NCBI GenBank assembly: GCA_963806085.1
Contig: CAWDWR010000001.1
Coordinates: 1,733,573-1,797,572, forward strand
DNA: 64,000 nt
Direction: 5' to 3'
Origin: an uncultured Acidobacteriota bacterium
Lineage (GTDB): Bacteria; Acidobacteriota; Vicinamibacteria; Vicinamibacterales; JAKQTR01
The notes below the pieces were generated by a model. The model was not told where the DNA came from. It was given only the letters and a program-made list of their open reading frames with translations, and searched no databases. Position numbers and translations under genes: made by a program. The first letter of the stretch is position 1. Every line of letters begins with the position of its first letter. Positions 49,174-57,619 of the stretch are shown here, piece after piece.

Positions 49174-49608
49174 CTACGAGCGGCCCAAGTGCTTCTCGAG
49201 GAACGGGGCGATCTCAGAGGGCGATTCGTAGGCCAGCAGCCGGGCCCGCGAGTCGTCCATGCCGCTGATGAGGCGCGAGACGCTGCCGCGGCGCGAGGCG
49301 TCGTACAGCACGAGCACGCGCTGACCGGTCTCGGCCGCCCGCCCCAGCGTGTAGCCGACCTCGAACCCAACCCCGTAGCTGGAACCCGAGGCTTCGGCGA
49401 CGATGGCGTCCGCCGACTCGACCCAGGCCAGGTCCCGGAGAAACACGTCTCGGTCTCCCAACCGGCTCTCCGCGGAGTCGACATCGTCCTCGAGCAGGTG
49501 CCCGGTAAGGACCTCGTGGCCGAGGCGGACGAGGCAATCGTGGATGTGGCGGGCGGTGGTGAGCGTGCCGCGGTCGCCGCGAACGGTGCAGGCCAGGTAG
49601 ATGCGCAT
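49174..49608 (-). CDS. Nucleoside 2-deoxyribosyltransferase-fold protein, DNPH1/Rcl-like
   Basis: 144-aa ORF. MRIYLACTVRGDRG...RDLAWVESADAIVAEASGSSYGVGFEVGY is colinear with DNPH1 YFCGSIRGGRED...QDLEWLQQADVVVAEVTQPSLGVGYELG. Confidence 0.75.
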   Translation of the reverse strand: MRIYLACTVRGDRGTLTTARHIHDCLVRLGHEVLTGHLLEDDVDSAESRLGDRDVFLRDLAWVESADAIVAEASGSSYGVGFEVGYTLGRAAETGQRVLVLYDASRRGSVSRLISGMDDSRARLLAYESPSEIAPFLEKHLGRS

Positions 49609-49625
49609 AGGCGGACACCCGATCA

Positions 49626-49654
49626 GGGGCTAGGGGCTAGGCGCTAGGCGCTAG
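49626..49654. repeat. Tandem heptamer array, 4 x GSSGCTA (CTAG every 7 nt)
   Basis: ggggcta ggggcta ggcgcta ggcgcta g. The HAD gene TAG stop (49644..49646) and its last codons lie inside the array. Confidence 0.9.
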
Positions 49655-50369
49655 TCACGATCAGAGACAATACCGCAGCCGCGGGCTTCAGTGCTCGAAT
49701 CTCTGTCACGCTGGGGTCGGGCGATGGCGCGCCGAAACGGTTGAACCAGATCGGGCGGATGCCGGCGGCGCGGGCGCCGGCAACGTCGGTCTCCCAGGCA
49801 TCGCCGACCATCACGGCCTCATCAGACGTGCGCTTCAGTTGCTCAAGCGCCATCCTGAAGATGCGCGGGTCGGGTTTCGTCACGCCCGCCTCTTCCGAAA
49901 TCACGACGGCGTCAAGCAGCGGCCCAAAGCTGCATGCAGCGATCTTCTGCCGCTGCTCGGCCGCGACGTTGTTGGTGACGACGCCCGTTGCGAGCCTGCC
50001 GTGCACGGCGGCCAGCAGTTCGAGCGCGCCCTCCACTGGACGCCAGTGCGCGAGATACGCGGCGCGGTACGCGGCGGCCGCCTCCGCGGCCGCAGCCCCA
50101 TCGGCGGTCCCGCCCGCCAGCGCCAGCAGCTGCCGGAAGCGCTCGACGCGGGCCTCGTCGACCGTGAGGGCCCCTGCCAGCACGCGAAGGTGCAGCGCTT
50201 CGAGCAGGCGGCGGTGTTCGGTTTCGACGAGCGCAGCGGGCAGACTGTCGAGCGCCGGGAACCGCCGGCGCAGGTCTGTAAGCGCCGCGCGCGTGCACGC
50301 CCAGTGGTCGAAGAGCGTGTCGTCGAGATCGAAGAGGACCGCGGTGACGGCCAGGCCAGGTTCGGACAT
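49644..50369 (-). CDS. HAD-superfamily hydrolase
   Basis: This is the last 241 codons of ORF 49644..51143, from MSEPGLAVTAVLFDLDDTLFD (DxDxT). It also has VTNN and a K...GDAWETD motif. The start overlaps the ltaE stop (TGATG). Confidence 0.85.
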   Translation of the reverse strand: MSEPGLAVTAVLFDLDDTLFDHWACTRAALTDLRRRFPALDSLPAALVETEHRRLLEALHLRVLAGALTVDEARVERFRQLLALAGGTADGAAAAEAAAAYRAAYLAHWRPVEGALELLAAVHGRLATGVVTNNVAAEQRQKIAACSFGPLLDAVVISEEAGVTKPDPRIFRMALEQLKRTSDEAVMVGDAWETDVAGARAAGIRPIWFNRFGAPSPDPSVTEIRALKPAAAVLSLIVTSA

Positions 50370-51433
50370 CAGCTGCTTCGCTGCCGGTCCGTCCACGGGT
50401 GTGCGGCCGCGAGAGCCGCAACGGCGTCTGCCGCCGTCTCGATGTCCCCGCGCGAGATGCCGCGGTAGGTCACGAACCGCACGATGGTGCCCATGCCCGG
50501 CAGGCCGCGCACGCCGCGCTCGCGCAGGTGCGACGCAAAGGTCGCGGCGTCGATGCCGAGTCCTCCCACGTCCACATTGACGATGTTGCTCTGCACGGTC
50601 GAGAGGTCCACGGCAAGCCCCGGCAGGGCTGCCACCCGCTCGGCGAAGCGCCGGGCGTGCTCGTGGTCCTCCTGCAGCCGCGGAATCATGGTGCGCAGGG
50701 CCACGAGGCCCGGGGCGGCGATGATGCCAGCCTGGCGCATGGCGCCGCCCAGCGACCGACGCACGCGGTTCGCGCGATCGACGAATGCCTTCGTGCCGGC
50801 AACCAGCGACCCGACAGGCGCCGAGAGCCCCTTCGACAGGCACACGGAGACGGAGTCGACCGGCTTCGTCAGTTCGCGGACATCCACGCCGAGCGCCACG
50901 GCGGCATTGAACACGCGGGCGCCATCGAGGTGCACCGGGAATCCGGCCTCGTGGGCGGCGTCCGCGATCGCCTCGATCTGGCCTGGCGCCAGCACGGTGC
51001 CGCCGGCGGCATTGTGCGTATTCTCGAGGCACACGAGGCCCGGCGCCGGGAACATGGTCTTCGCCTTGCGGACCGCCCATCTCACGCCGTCGAGATCGGG
51101 CGCGCCGTGACGGCCGCGAACCGGCATCACGAGCAGCCCGCACGCCGACGCGATCGCGCTGTATTCCATTCCATAGAGGTGCGCCGATTCCTCCACGATT
51201 GCCGCCGCCCCGGGCTCGGCGTGGGTGCGCAGCGCCACGGTGTTCGACATCGAGCCGCTCACCGTCAGGATGGCGGCCTCTTTGCCGAGGATCCGGGCCG
51301 CCTCGGCTTCGAGTTCGAGCACCGTCGGATCACCGTCACGGGAATCGTCGCCGAGCCGGGCCGTCACGATGCTCTCGAGCATCTCCGGCGTGGGCAACGA
51401 CAGGGTGTCGCTTCGCAGATCAATGAGCGCCAT
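50369..51433 (-). CDS. ltaE: Low-specificity L-threonine aldolase
   Basis: 354-aa ORF. It reads IDLRSDTLSLPTPEM...GDD..DGDPTV..LE, and the PLP-lysine context CLSKGL. Confidence 0.9.
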   Translation of the reverse strand: MALIDLRSDTLSLPTPEMLESIVTARLGDDSRDGDPTVLELEAEAARILGKEAAILTVSGSMSNTVALRTHAEPGAAAIVEESAHLYGMEYSAIASACGLLVMPVRGRHGAPDLDGVRWAVRKAKTMFPAPGLVCLENTHNAAGGTVLAPGQIEAIADAAHEAGFPVHLDGARVFNAAVALGVDVRELTKPVDSVSVCLSKGLSAPVGSLVAGTKAFVDRANRVRRSLGGAMRQAGIIAAPGLVALRTMIPRLQEDHEHARRFAERVAALPGLAVDLSTVQSNIVNVDVGGLGIDAATFASHLRERGVRGLPGMGTIVRFVTYRGISRGDIETAADAVAALAAAHPWTDRQRSS

Positions 51434-51519
51434 ACGTGATGCCGGGCCTCCCGCCTTCCATTCTACTTCCGCGCGCCGCGGTGTTTGCCGCGCGCGTGCT
51501 GTCTGGTAGCATCTGCCCC

Positions 51520-53250
51520 ATGCGGAATCCAGCTCATCGCACCGTTCGCGCCGCCTGGCTGATCCCAGCGGCCGCGCTCGTCGTGGCGTTTGCCGGCGTG
51601 CGCGCGCACCAGGCGCCTCCCTCGTTCGACGTCCTCATTACTGGCGGTCGCATCGTCGATGGCACGGGAGCTCCGTGGTTCAGGAGCGACATCGCCATCG
51701 CCGGCGACCGCATCGTGGCGATGGGCCAGCTGGACGGGCGGCCCGCGCGCCAGACCGTCGATGCGACGGGGCTCGTCGTCGCGCCCGGGTTCATCGACAT
51801 GCTGGGCCAGTCCGAGTTCAACGTGCTCGTCGACGGCCGCGCCGCGTCGAAGATCATGCAGGGCGTCACGACGGAGATCACCGGCGAGGGCATGTCGATC
51901 GCGCCCGTCAACGATCGCATGATCAGAGAGGGCAAGCCGAACTGGGACCACTTCAAGGTGCTGCAGGACTTCACGACGCTCGCAGGGTACTTCCAGCGCC
52001 TGGAGACGCGCAGCCGCCCCGCGATCAATATCGGGACGTTCGTCGGGGCCGGCGGCGTGCGCGACTACGTCATCGGCTCGGACAACGTGCCGTCGACGCC
52101 CGCGACGCTCGCGCGCATGAAGGCGCTGGTTGCGGAGGCCATGAAAGACGGCGCGCTGGGGCTCAGTTCGTCGCTGCAGTACGTGCCCGACCGGTTCAAC
52201 ACCACGGAGGATCTCGTCGAACTGGCGAAGGTGGCGGCCGGTTACGGGGGCGTCTACCTGACGCACCTCCGCTCAGAGAGCGGTCAGATCGACGAGGCGC
52301 TCGACGAAACGTTTGCCGTGGCCGAGCGCGCGAACATTCCGGCGGAGATCTGGCACCTCAAAACGGCCTACAAGGCCAACTGGGGCCGGATGCCGGCGGT
52401 GCTGAAGCGGATCGAAGCGGCGCGCGCCCGCGGCCTCGACGTCACCGCGAACCAGTATCCCTACACGCGCGCGTCGAACGACCTCGACTCCTGCCTGCCG
52501 CTCTGGGTGCGGGAAGGCACCACCGAGCAGATGCTCGCCCGGCTCAAAGACCCGGCGCTTCGCGGGCGCATCAAGGCCGAGATGGACGATGCCGGGACGA
52601 CGGGGTGGGAGAACCAGTGGTACGGGTCGGGGGGCGGCGACGGCGTGATGGTGGCCTCGGTGCTCAACGCCGACCTCCGCAAGTACGAAGGCATGACGCT
52701 GACGCAGATCGGCCAGGCGATGGGAAAGGATCCGCGCGATGCGCTGATGGACCTGGTGATCGCGGACCAGGGCCAGACCGCCTGCATCATCAGCATCATG
52801 GCGGAGGAGGACGTGCGGGCGGCGCTGGCCCATCCCCTCGTCTCCATCGACACCGATTCCGGCGCCAGGGCCGAGGACGGGCCGCTGTCGGAGTCGCGGT
52901 CTCACCCGCGCGCCTGGGGCACGTTCGCGCGGATCCTCGGCAAGTACGTCCGGGAGGAAGAACTGCTGACGCTGGAGGAGGCCGTGCGCAAGATGACGTC
53001 GCGGCCTGCAGCGCGGGTCGGGCTGCACGACCGCGGCATTCTCCGCCCCGGCATGGCGGCCGACGTCACCATCTTCGATCCGGCGACGATTCGCGACGTC
53101 GCGACCTTCGAGGACCCGAACCACTACTCCGTCGGCGTCCGGCACGTCTTCGTCAACGGCCGCGCGGTGGTGGCAAACGGCGCCGTCACCAGCGAGCGTC
53201 CGGGCCGCCCGCTGCGGGGGCCGGGGTACCAGCCGCCGGCCGTGAAGTGA
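51520..53250 (+). CDS. Amidohydrolase-3 family protein (N-acyl-D-amino-acid deacylase-like), secreted
   Basis: ORF 51436..53250, starting at Met29 ahead of a signal peptide. It reads FDVLITGGRIVDGTGAPWFRSDIAIAGDRI...APGFIDMLGQSE. The usual HxH after GFID is replaced by LGQ. Confidence 0.8.
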   Translation: MRNPAHRTVRAAWLIPAAALVVAFAGVRAHQAPPSFDVLITGGRIVDGTGAPWFRSDIAIAGDRIVAMGQLDGRPARQTVDATGLVVAPGFIDMLGQSEFNVLVDGRAASKIMQGVTTEITGEGMSIAPVNDRMIREGKPNWDHFKVLQDFTTLAGYFQRLETRSRPAINIGTFVGAGGVRDYVIGSDNVPSTPATLARMKALVAEAMKDGALGLSSSLQYVPDRFNTTEDLVELAKVAAGYGGVYLTHLRSESGQIDEALDETFAVAERANIPAEIWHLKTAYKANWGRMPAVLKRIEAARARGLDVTANQYPYTRASNDLDSCLPLWVREGTTEQMLARLKDPALRGRIKAEMDDAGTTGWENQWYGSGGGDGVMVASVLNADLRKYEGMTLTQIGQAMGKDPRDALMDLVIADQGQTACIISIMAEEDVRAALAHPLVSIDTDSGARAEDGPLSESRSHPRAWGTFARILGKYVREEELLTLEEAVRKMTSRPAARVGLHDRGILRPGMAADVTIFDPATIRDVATFEDPNHYSVGVRHVFVNGRAVVANGAVTSERPGRPLRGPGYQPPAVK

Positions 53251-53310
53251 CGCGCAGGGCACGTCGGGCGGCGGCCGCAAATCCCTCTTTCGCGCCGCGC
53301 GTTTCTCGGT

Positions 53311-55257
53311 ATGATGAACGGCGTGAGCATTTCCGCCAGCCGTTTGAACCGCACGTGGCGCGTCGGCGATCCGTGGAGCATCGCCGAGGCGTCTGAACTC
53401 TACGAGATCGCCCGATGGGGCGCGGGCTACTTCTCGATCGGCGAGAGCGGCAACGTCCACGTCCACCCGACGAAAGAGCCCGGGCGGTTCATCGACCTGA
53501 AGGATCTCACCGAGAACCTCGTCCGCCGCGGGATCGACGTCCCGGTGCTGATCCGGTTCAGCGACATCCTGCGGCATCGGGTGAAGGACATCCACGACGC
53601 GTTCCAGGCGGCCATCGCGCAGAACGGCTACCAGGGCAAGTACGTCTGCGTCTACCCCATCAAGGTGAACCAGCAGCGGCGCGTCGTCGAGGAAATCCTC
53701 AACTACGGCCGGCCCTTCGGGTTCGGCCTCGAGGCCGGCTCCAAGCCCGAGCTCATCGCCGTGGCCGCGCTCGCGTCGAACGACTCGCCGATCGTGTGCA
53801 ACGGCTTCAAGGACGCCGAGTTCATCGAGATGGCGATGCTCACGCAGAAGGTGGGCCGCACGGTGCTGCCGGTCGTCGAGAAGTACAGCGAGCTCGGCCT
53901 CATCCTGGAGTACTCGCAGAAAGTCGGCGTGCGCCCGACGATCGGGATGCGCGTCAAGCTGGCCTCGCGGGGCAGCGGCAAGTGGCAGTCGTCCGGCGGC
54001 TATCGTTCGAAGTTCGGGCTCACGGTGTCGGAGGTGCTGAAGGGCTTCGAGGAGCTGAAGGCCCTCGGGATGCAGGACTGCCTCAAGCTCCTGCATTTCC
54101 ACATGGGCAGCCAGATCCCCAACATCCGCATCGTCAAGGCCGCCGTCAACGAGGCCGCGCGGATCTACGTCGAGCTCGTGAAGGCCGGCGCCGGCCTCGA
54201 GTACCTCGACATCGGCGGCGGCCTCGGCGTGGACTACGACGGTTCGCAGACCAACTTCGAGTCCAGCGTGAACTACACGCTCGAGGAATACGCGGCCGAC
54301 GTGGTCTATCACGTGCAGACGGTGTGCGACGACGCGGGCGTAAAGCATCCGACGATCGTGTCGGAGAGCGGGCGCGCGATCGCCGCGTACCACAGCGTGC
54401 TCGTGTTCAACGTGCTCGGCGTCACCGGCTTCCGCGAGCAGGAGATCAAGGCCGTCGGGCCTCACGACGAGCAGGAGCAGCCCCTCATCGACCTGCGCGA
54501 GACGTACCAGAACCTCTCGATCCGCAACGCGCTCGAGAGCTATCACGACGCCCAGCAGGCGCTCGACATGGCGCTGAACCTGTTCAACGGCGGCTACCTG
54601 CCGCTCGACCAGCGCTGCGAGGCGGAGACGCTCTACTGGGCCATCTGCGCCAAGCTGCAGCGGATGATCCAGCAGCTCGACGAGGTGCCCGAGGACCTGC
54701 AGAGCCTCGACGAGATGCTCGCCGACACCTACTTCTGCAACTTCTCGCTCTTCCAGTCGATGCCCGACAGCTGGGCCATCAAGCAGCTGTTCCCGGTGAT
54801 GCCGATCCACCGCCTCGACAAGCCGCCGACGAACCACGCCGTGCTCGGCGACATCACGTGCGACTCGGACGGGAAGATCGACCAGTTCATCGACCGCCGC
54901 GACGTGAAGCGGACGCTGCCGCTCCACACGCTGAACGGCGACCCCTACTACCTCGCCGTCTTCCTCATCGGCGCGTACCAGGAAATCCTCGGCGACATGC
55001 ACAACCTGTTCGGCGACACGCACGCCGTGCACGTCACGCTCGATGGAGACGGCGGCGTCGTGCTCGACGCGGTGATCAAGGGCGACACCGTGCGGGAGGT
55101 CCTCCAGTACGTGGACTTCGACACGAACGCGCTGGTGAACAAGCTGCGCGCGGACGTCGAGAGCGCCGTGCGGGACAGCAGGATGACCTTCGAGGAGTCC
55201 GGCCTCCTGCTCAAGTTCTACGAAGAGGGGCTAGGCGGGTACACGTACCTCGAATAG
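53311..55257 (+). CDS. speA: Biosynthetic arginine decarboxylase
   Basis: 648-aa ORF. It reads W..A..LY.I..WG.GYF, the PLP site YPIKVNQQ, and ...HFHMGSQI... GGGLGVDYDG. Confidence 0.95.
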   Translation: MMNGVSISASRLNRTWRVGDPWSIAEASELYEIARWGAGYFSIGESGNVHVHPTKEPGRFIDLKDLTENLVRRGIDVPVLIRFSDILRHRVKDIHDAFQAAIAQNGYQGKYVCVYPIKVNQQRRVVEEILNYGRPFGFGLEAGSKPELIAVAALASNDSPIVCNGFKDAEFIEMAMLTQKVGRTVLPVVEKYSELGLILEYSQKVGVRPTIGMRVKLASRGSGKWQSSGGYRSKFGLTVSEVLKGFEELKALGMQDCLKLLHFHMGSQIPNIRIVKAAVNEAARIYVELVKAGAGLEYLDIGGGLGVDYDGSQTNFESSVNYTLEEYAADVVYHVQTVCDDAGVKHPTIVSESGRAIAAYHSVLVFNVLGVTGFREQEIKAVGPHDEQEQPLIDLRETYQNLSIRNALESYHDAQQALDMALNLFNGGYLPLDQRCEAETLYWAICAKLQRMIQQLDEVPEDLQSLDEMLADTYFCNFSLFQSMPDSWAIKQLFPVMPIHRLDKPPTNHAVLGDITCDSDGKIDQFIDRRDVKRTLPLHTLNGDPYYLAVFLIGAYQEILGDMHNLFGDTHAVHVTLDGDGGVVLDAVIKGDTVREVLQYVDFDTNALVNKLRADVESAVRDSRMTFEESGLLLKFYEEGLGGYTYLE

Positions 55258-55263
55258 AACGTG

Positions 55264-55327
55264 TCCGGGATTCGGGAGTCGGGGCTCGCCTTGGGTGACT
55301 GGCCTTCTACTGGCTACTGCCTACTGA
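55264..55327. repeat. Two heptamer arrays in a convergent gap: 3 x TYCGGGR, then 3 x CTACTGN
   Basis: tccggga ttcggga gtcgggg (55264..55284) and ctactgg ctactgc ctactga (55307..55327). Confidence 0.85.
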
Positions 55328-55354
55328 ACACGGACGTGCTCCCGGCTGCCTCCC

Positions 55355-57595
55355 TCACACCAGCCGCATCTTCCTCAGCAGCGCCTGCAGGCGGGCGTCG
55401 CCGCGAACGGGATCGAGGAACGGGAAGCTCCTGATCGGCATGATGATGGGGTCCCGGCCCTCGACGGCCCTGTCCATCCACTCGAATGCCAAGTCCCAAT
55501 CGCCGAGACCGATCGCGCAGAACATGAACGTGGAGGGTGGCACGTAGCCGGCGAGCGCCATCTGCTCCGCCTGCCCACGGAGGCGGAGCACGTCCTCATG
55601 CAGCCCCGCCCGCCCGGACACCATCGCCAGAAAGCCAAGCGTGAACGGGATGCCGCCGGATAGCTCGTGCGCTCGGCGGAGGGCCTCGACACCATCGGAC
55701 ACCGCATCGGTGTCGTTGAGGCCTATGCCCAGCGCCCAGTGCCCGAGGAAGTGCCCCGGGTCGAGGGCGATCATGTGCCGCCCTTCTGCGACCGTGCGCT
55801 CCGGCCTCCTGGCCAGGTGCGCGAGCACGGCCATCCACCATCTCGCGAGGATCGACAGCGGATCCGCCTGGAGGATCGCCTCGACTTCGCTCATCGCCGC
55901 GTCGTTGCGGGCGTGGGGCAGGAGACCGCTGATGGCGTAGCGGAGGCGCACAAGTGGCGATTCGCGGTTCAGCTCCAGCGCGCGCTGGAGCTCGCGGTCG
56001 ACTTCCGGCCAGTTGTAGTCCAGTTCTTTCCGGAGCATTCCCAGCAGGGCGTGCGTCTGGGCGAGGGAGTCGTCGATCTCGAGCGCGCGCAGGGCGTGCC
56101 AGGTGCTCTGCGAGAACGCCTCGCGCGGAGGAACGCCGCCGAAGAAACCAAGGTACCAGTGCAACTCCGCCATCGAGTCGTACGCAAGGGCCGATTCCGG
56201 GTCGAGCGCAATGGCTCGCTCGAAGCATGCTCGCGAGCGCATCAGCGCATCGGGTGTGCCGCGGGCGAAGAAGTAACGTCCCTCGAGGTAAGCGGCGTGG
56301 GCTTCGGGATCGATCGGCCGAGGTGACCGCCGGGGCGGCCCGCCGGCCAGCTGCACGCGCAGACGCTCCGCAATCGCTGCCGCGATCTCGTCCTCGAGCG
56401 CCAGCACGTCCGTCAACTCCCGGTCGTAGCGCGCGCTCCAGAGGTGGCTCCCGTCGCTCGTGCCAATCAACTGGGCGGTGACGCGCACCCGCGCGCCCTC
56501 CCGGCGCACGCTGCCTTCCAGGATGTGGCCGGCGCCGAGCCTCGCACCGGCCTCCCGCACATCGAGGCCCATGCGGGCGACGGCGAACGCCGAGGTTCGC
56601 GCGATCACCCTCAGCCCGGGGATCTCCGTCAAGGCGTTGATGATCTCCTCCGCGAGGCCTTCACAGAGGTAGTCGTCTTCCACGGCACCCGTCATCCGGG
56701 TGAACGGCAGCACCGCGACGGAGGGCGGCCCGGTTGCCGCGGCGGCTGCGACGCCCGATACGGCTCGAGCTGTCGCGCAGTCGAGAAGGGCGTCCCTCAG
56801 TTCGGCGGCCGACTGGAATCGCTCGGCGCGATCCTTCCGCAGGCACCGGCCGAGCAGCCGCTCCGCCCCGGGCGTGATCCCGCCAATCGGGGCTGGCTCA
56901 TCGCGGAGGATGGCGGCGAGCGTGCCCGCGGCGGAGTCGCCCTCGAATGGTCTTCGACCCGCCAACATCTCGTAGAGGACGATCCCCAGGCTGAACAGGT
57001 CGCTGCGCCCATCGACAGCCCGGCCGGCAGCCTGTTCCGGGGACATGTAGGGCGTCGTGCCGATAACCGCTCCCTGTTCCGTGAGCACGCCAGCCGTCTC
57101 TCCCGTCGCGGAAGCGGCGACGGGCTTGGCCAAGCCGAAGTCCACCACCTTCACGCGGTCGCCGGCAGCCACCATGATGTTCGAAGGTTTGAGGTCGCGG
57201 TGAACGATGGACTCCGCGTGTGCGGCCTCGAGTGCGTCCGCGATCTGGGCAGCAATGCGAAGGGCCCGGTCTTCGTCGACCGGACCGTTCCGCAGGAGAT
57301 CGGCCAGCGTTTCCCCAGCCACGTACTCCATCGCGATGTAGTCGAGGCCAGCGGCGGTGCCGATTTCGTAGATGGTCAGGATGTTCGGGTGATTGAGCGC
57401 GGATGCAGACTGCGCCTCGCGGATGAAGCGCCGCCGCCGTTCGGGGTCGGCCGCCCAGTCGCCCCGGATCACTTTCAGCGCGGCCAAGCGGCCGAGGCGC
57501 GTGTCCCGGGCCTTGTAGACCTCCCCCATGCCCCCGGCGCCGATCAGCCCGAGGACCTCGTAGGGACCCAGCCGCGTGCCCGCGGGCATGGTCAT
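55355..57595 (-). CDS. Ser/Thr protein kinase with TolB-N-like and TPR domains
   Basis: 746-aa ORF. Kinase motifs are GAGGMGEVYKA, HRDLKPSNIM, DFGLA and SPEQ, followed by SVAVLPFT...EGSV and TPR repeats. Confidence 0.9.
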   Translation of the reverse strand: MTMPAGTRLGPYEVLGLIGAGGMGEVYKARDTRLGRLAALKVIRGDWAADPERRRRFIREAQSASALNHPNILTIYEIGTAAGLDYIAMEYVAGETLADLLRNGPVDEDRALRIAAQIADALEAAHAESIVHRDLKPSNIMVAAGDRVKVVDFGLAKPVAASATGETAGVLTEQGAVIGTTPYMSPEQAAGRAVDGRSDLFSLGIVLYEMLAGRRPFEGDSAAGTLAAILRDEPAPIGGITPGAERLLGRCLRKDRAERFQSAAELRDALLDCATARAVSGVAAAAATGPPSVAVLPFTRMTGAVEDDYLCEGLAEEIINALTEIPGLRVIARTSAFAVARMGLDVREAGARLGAGHILEGSVRREGARVRVTAQLIGTSDGSHLWSARYDRELTDVLALEDEIAAAIAERLRVQLAGGPPRRSPRPIDPEAHAAYLEGRYFFARGTPDALMRSRACFERAIALDPESALAYDSMAELHWYLGFFGGVPPREAFSQSTWHALRALEIDDSLAQTHALLGMLRKELDYNWPEVDRELQRALELNRESPLVRLRYAISGLLPHARNDAAMSEVEAILQADPLSILARWWMAVLAHLARRPERTVAEGRHMIALDPGHFLGHWALGIGLNDTDAVSDGVEALRRAHELSGGIPFTLGFLAMVSGRAGLHEDVLRLRGQAEQMALAGYVPPSTFMFCAIGLGDWDLAFEWMDRAVEGRDPIIMPIRSFPFLDPVRGDARLQALLRKMRLV

Positions 57596-57619
57596 ACAGG
57601 GCTTCTCCTCATCGTCACT

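Noticed and set aside
47443-49608. Uma2 endonuclease, MipA and the DNPH1-like gene as a defence island or mobile insertion.
   Set aside because: There is no integrase, tRNA target, flanking direct repeats or visible GC shift. The genes are individually common chromosomal families, and MipA has no defence link.
51520-53250. Loss of the HxH metal motif (GFIDMLGQSE) as evidence for an inactive D-aminoacylase-like pseudoenzyme.
   Set aside because: I cannot judge this from one sequence, because subfamilies of Amidohydro_3 proteins vary at this position. An alignment is needed before any claim is made.
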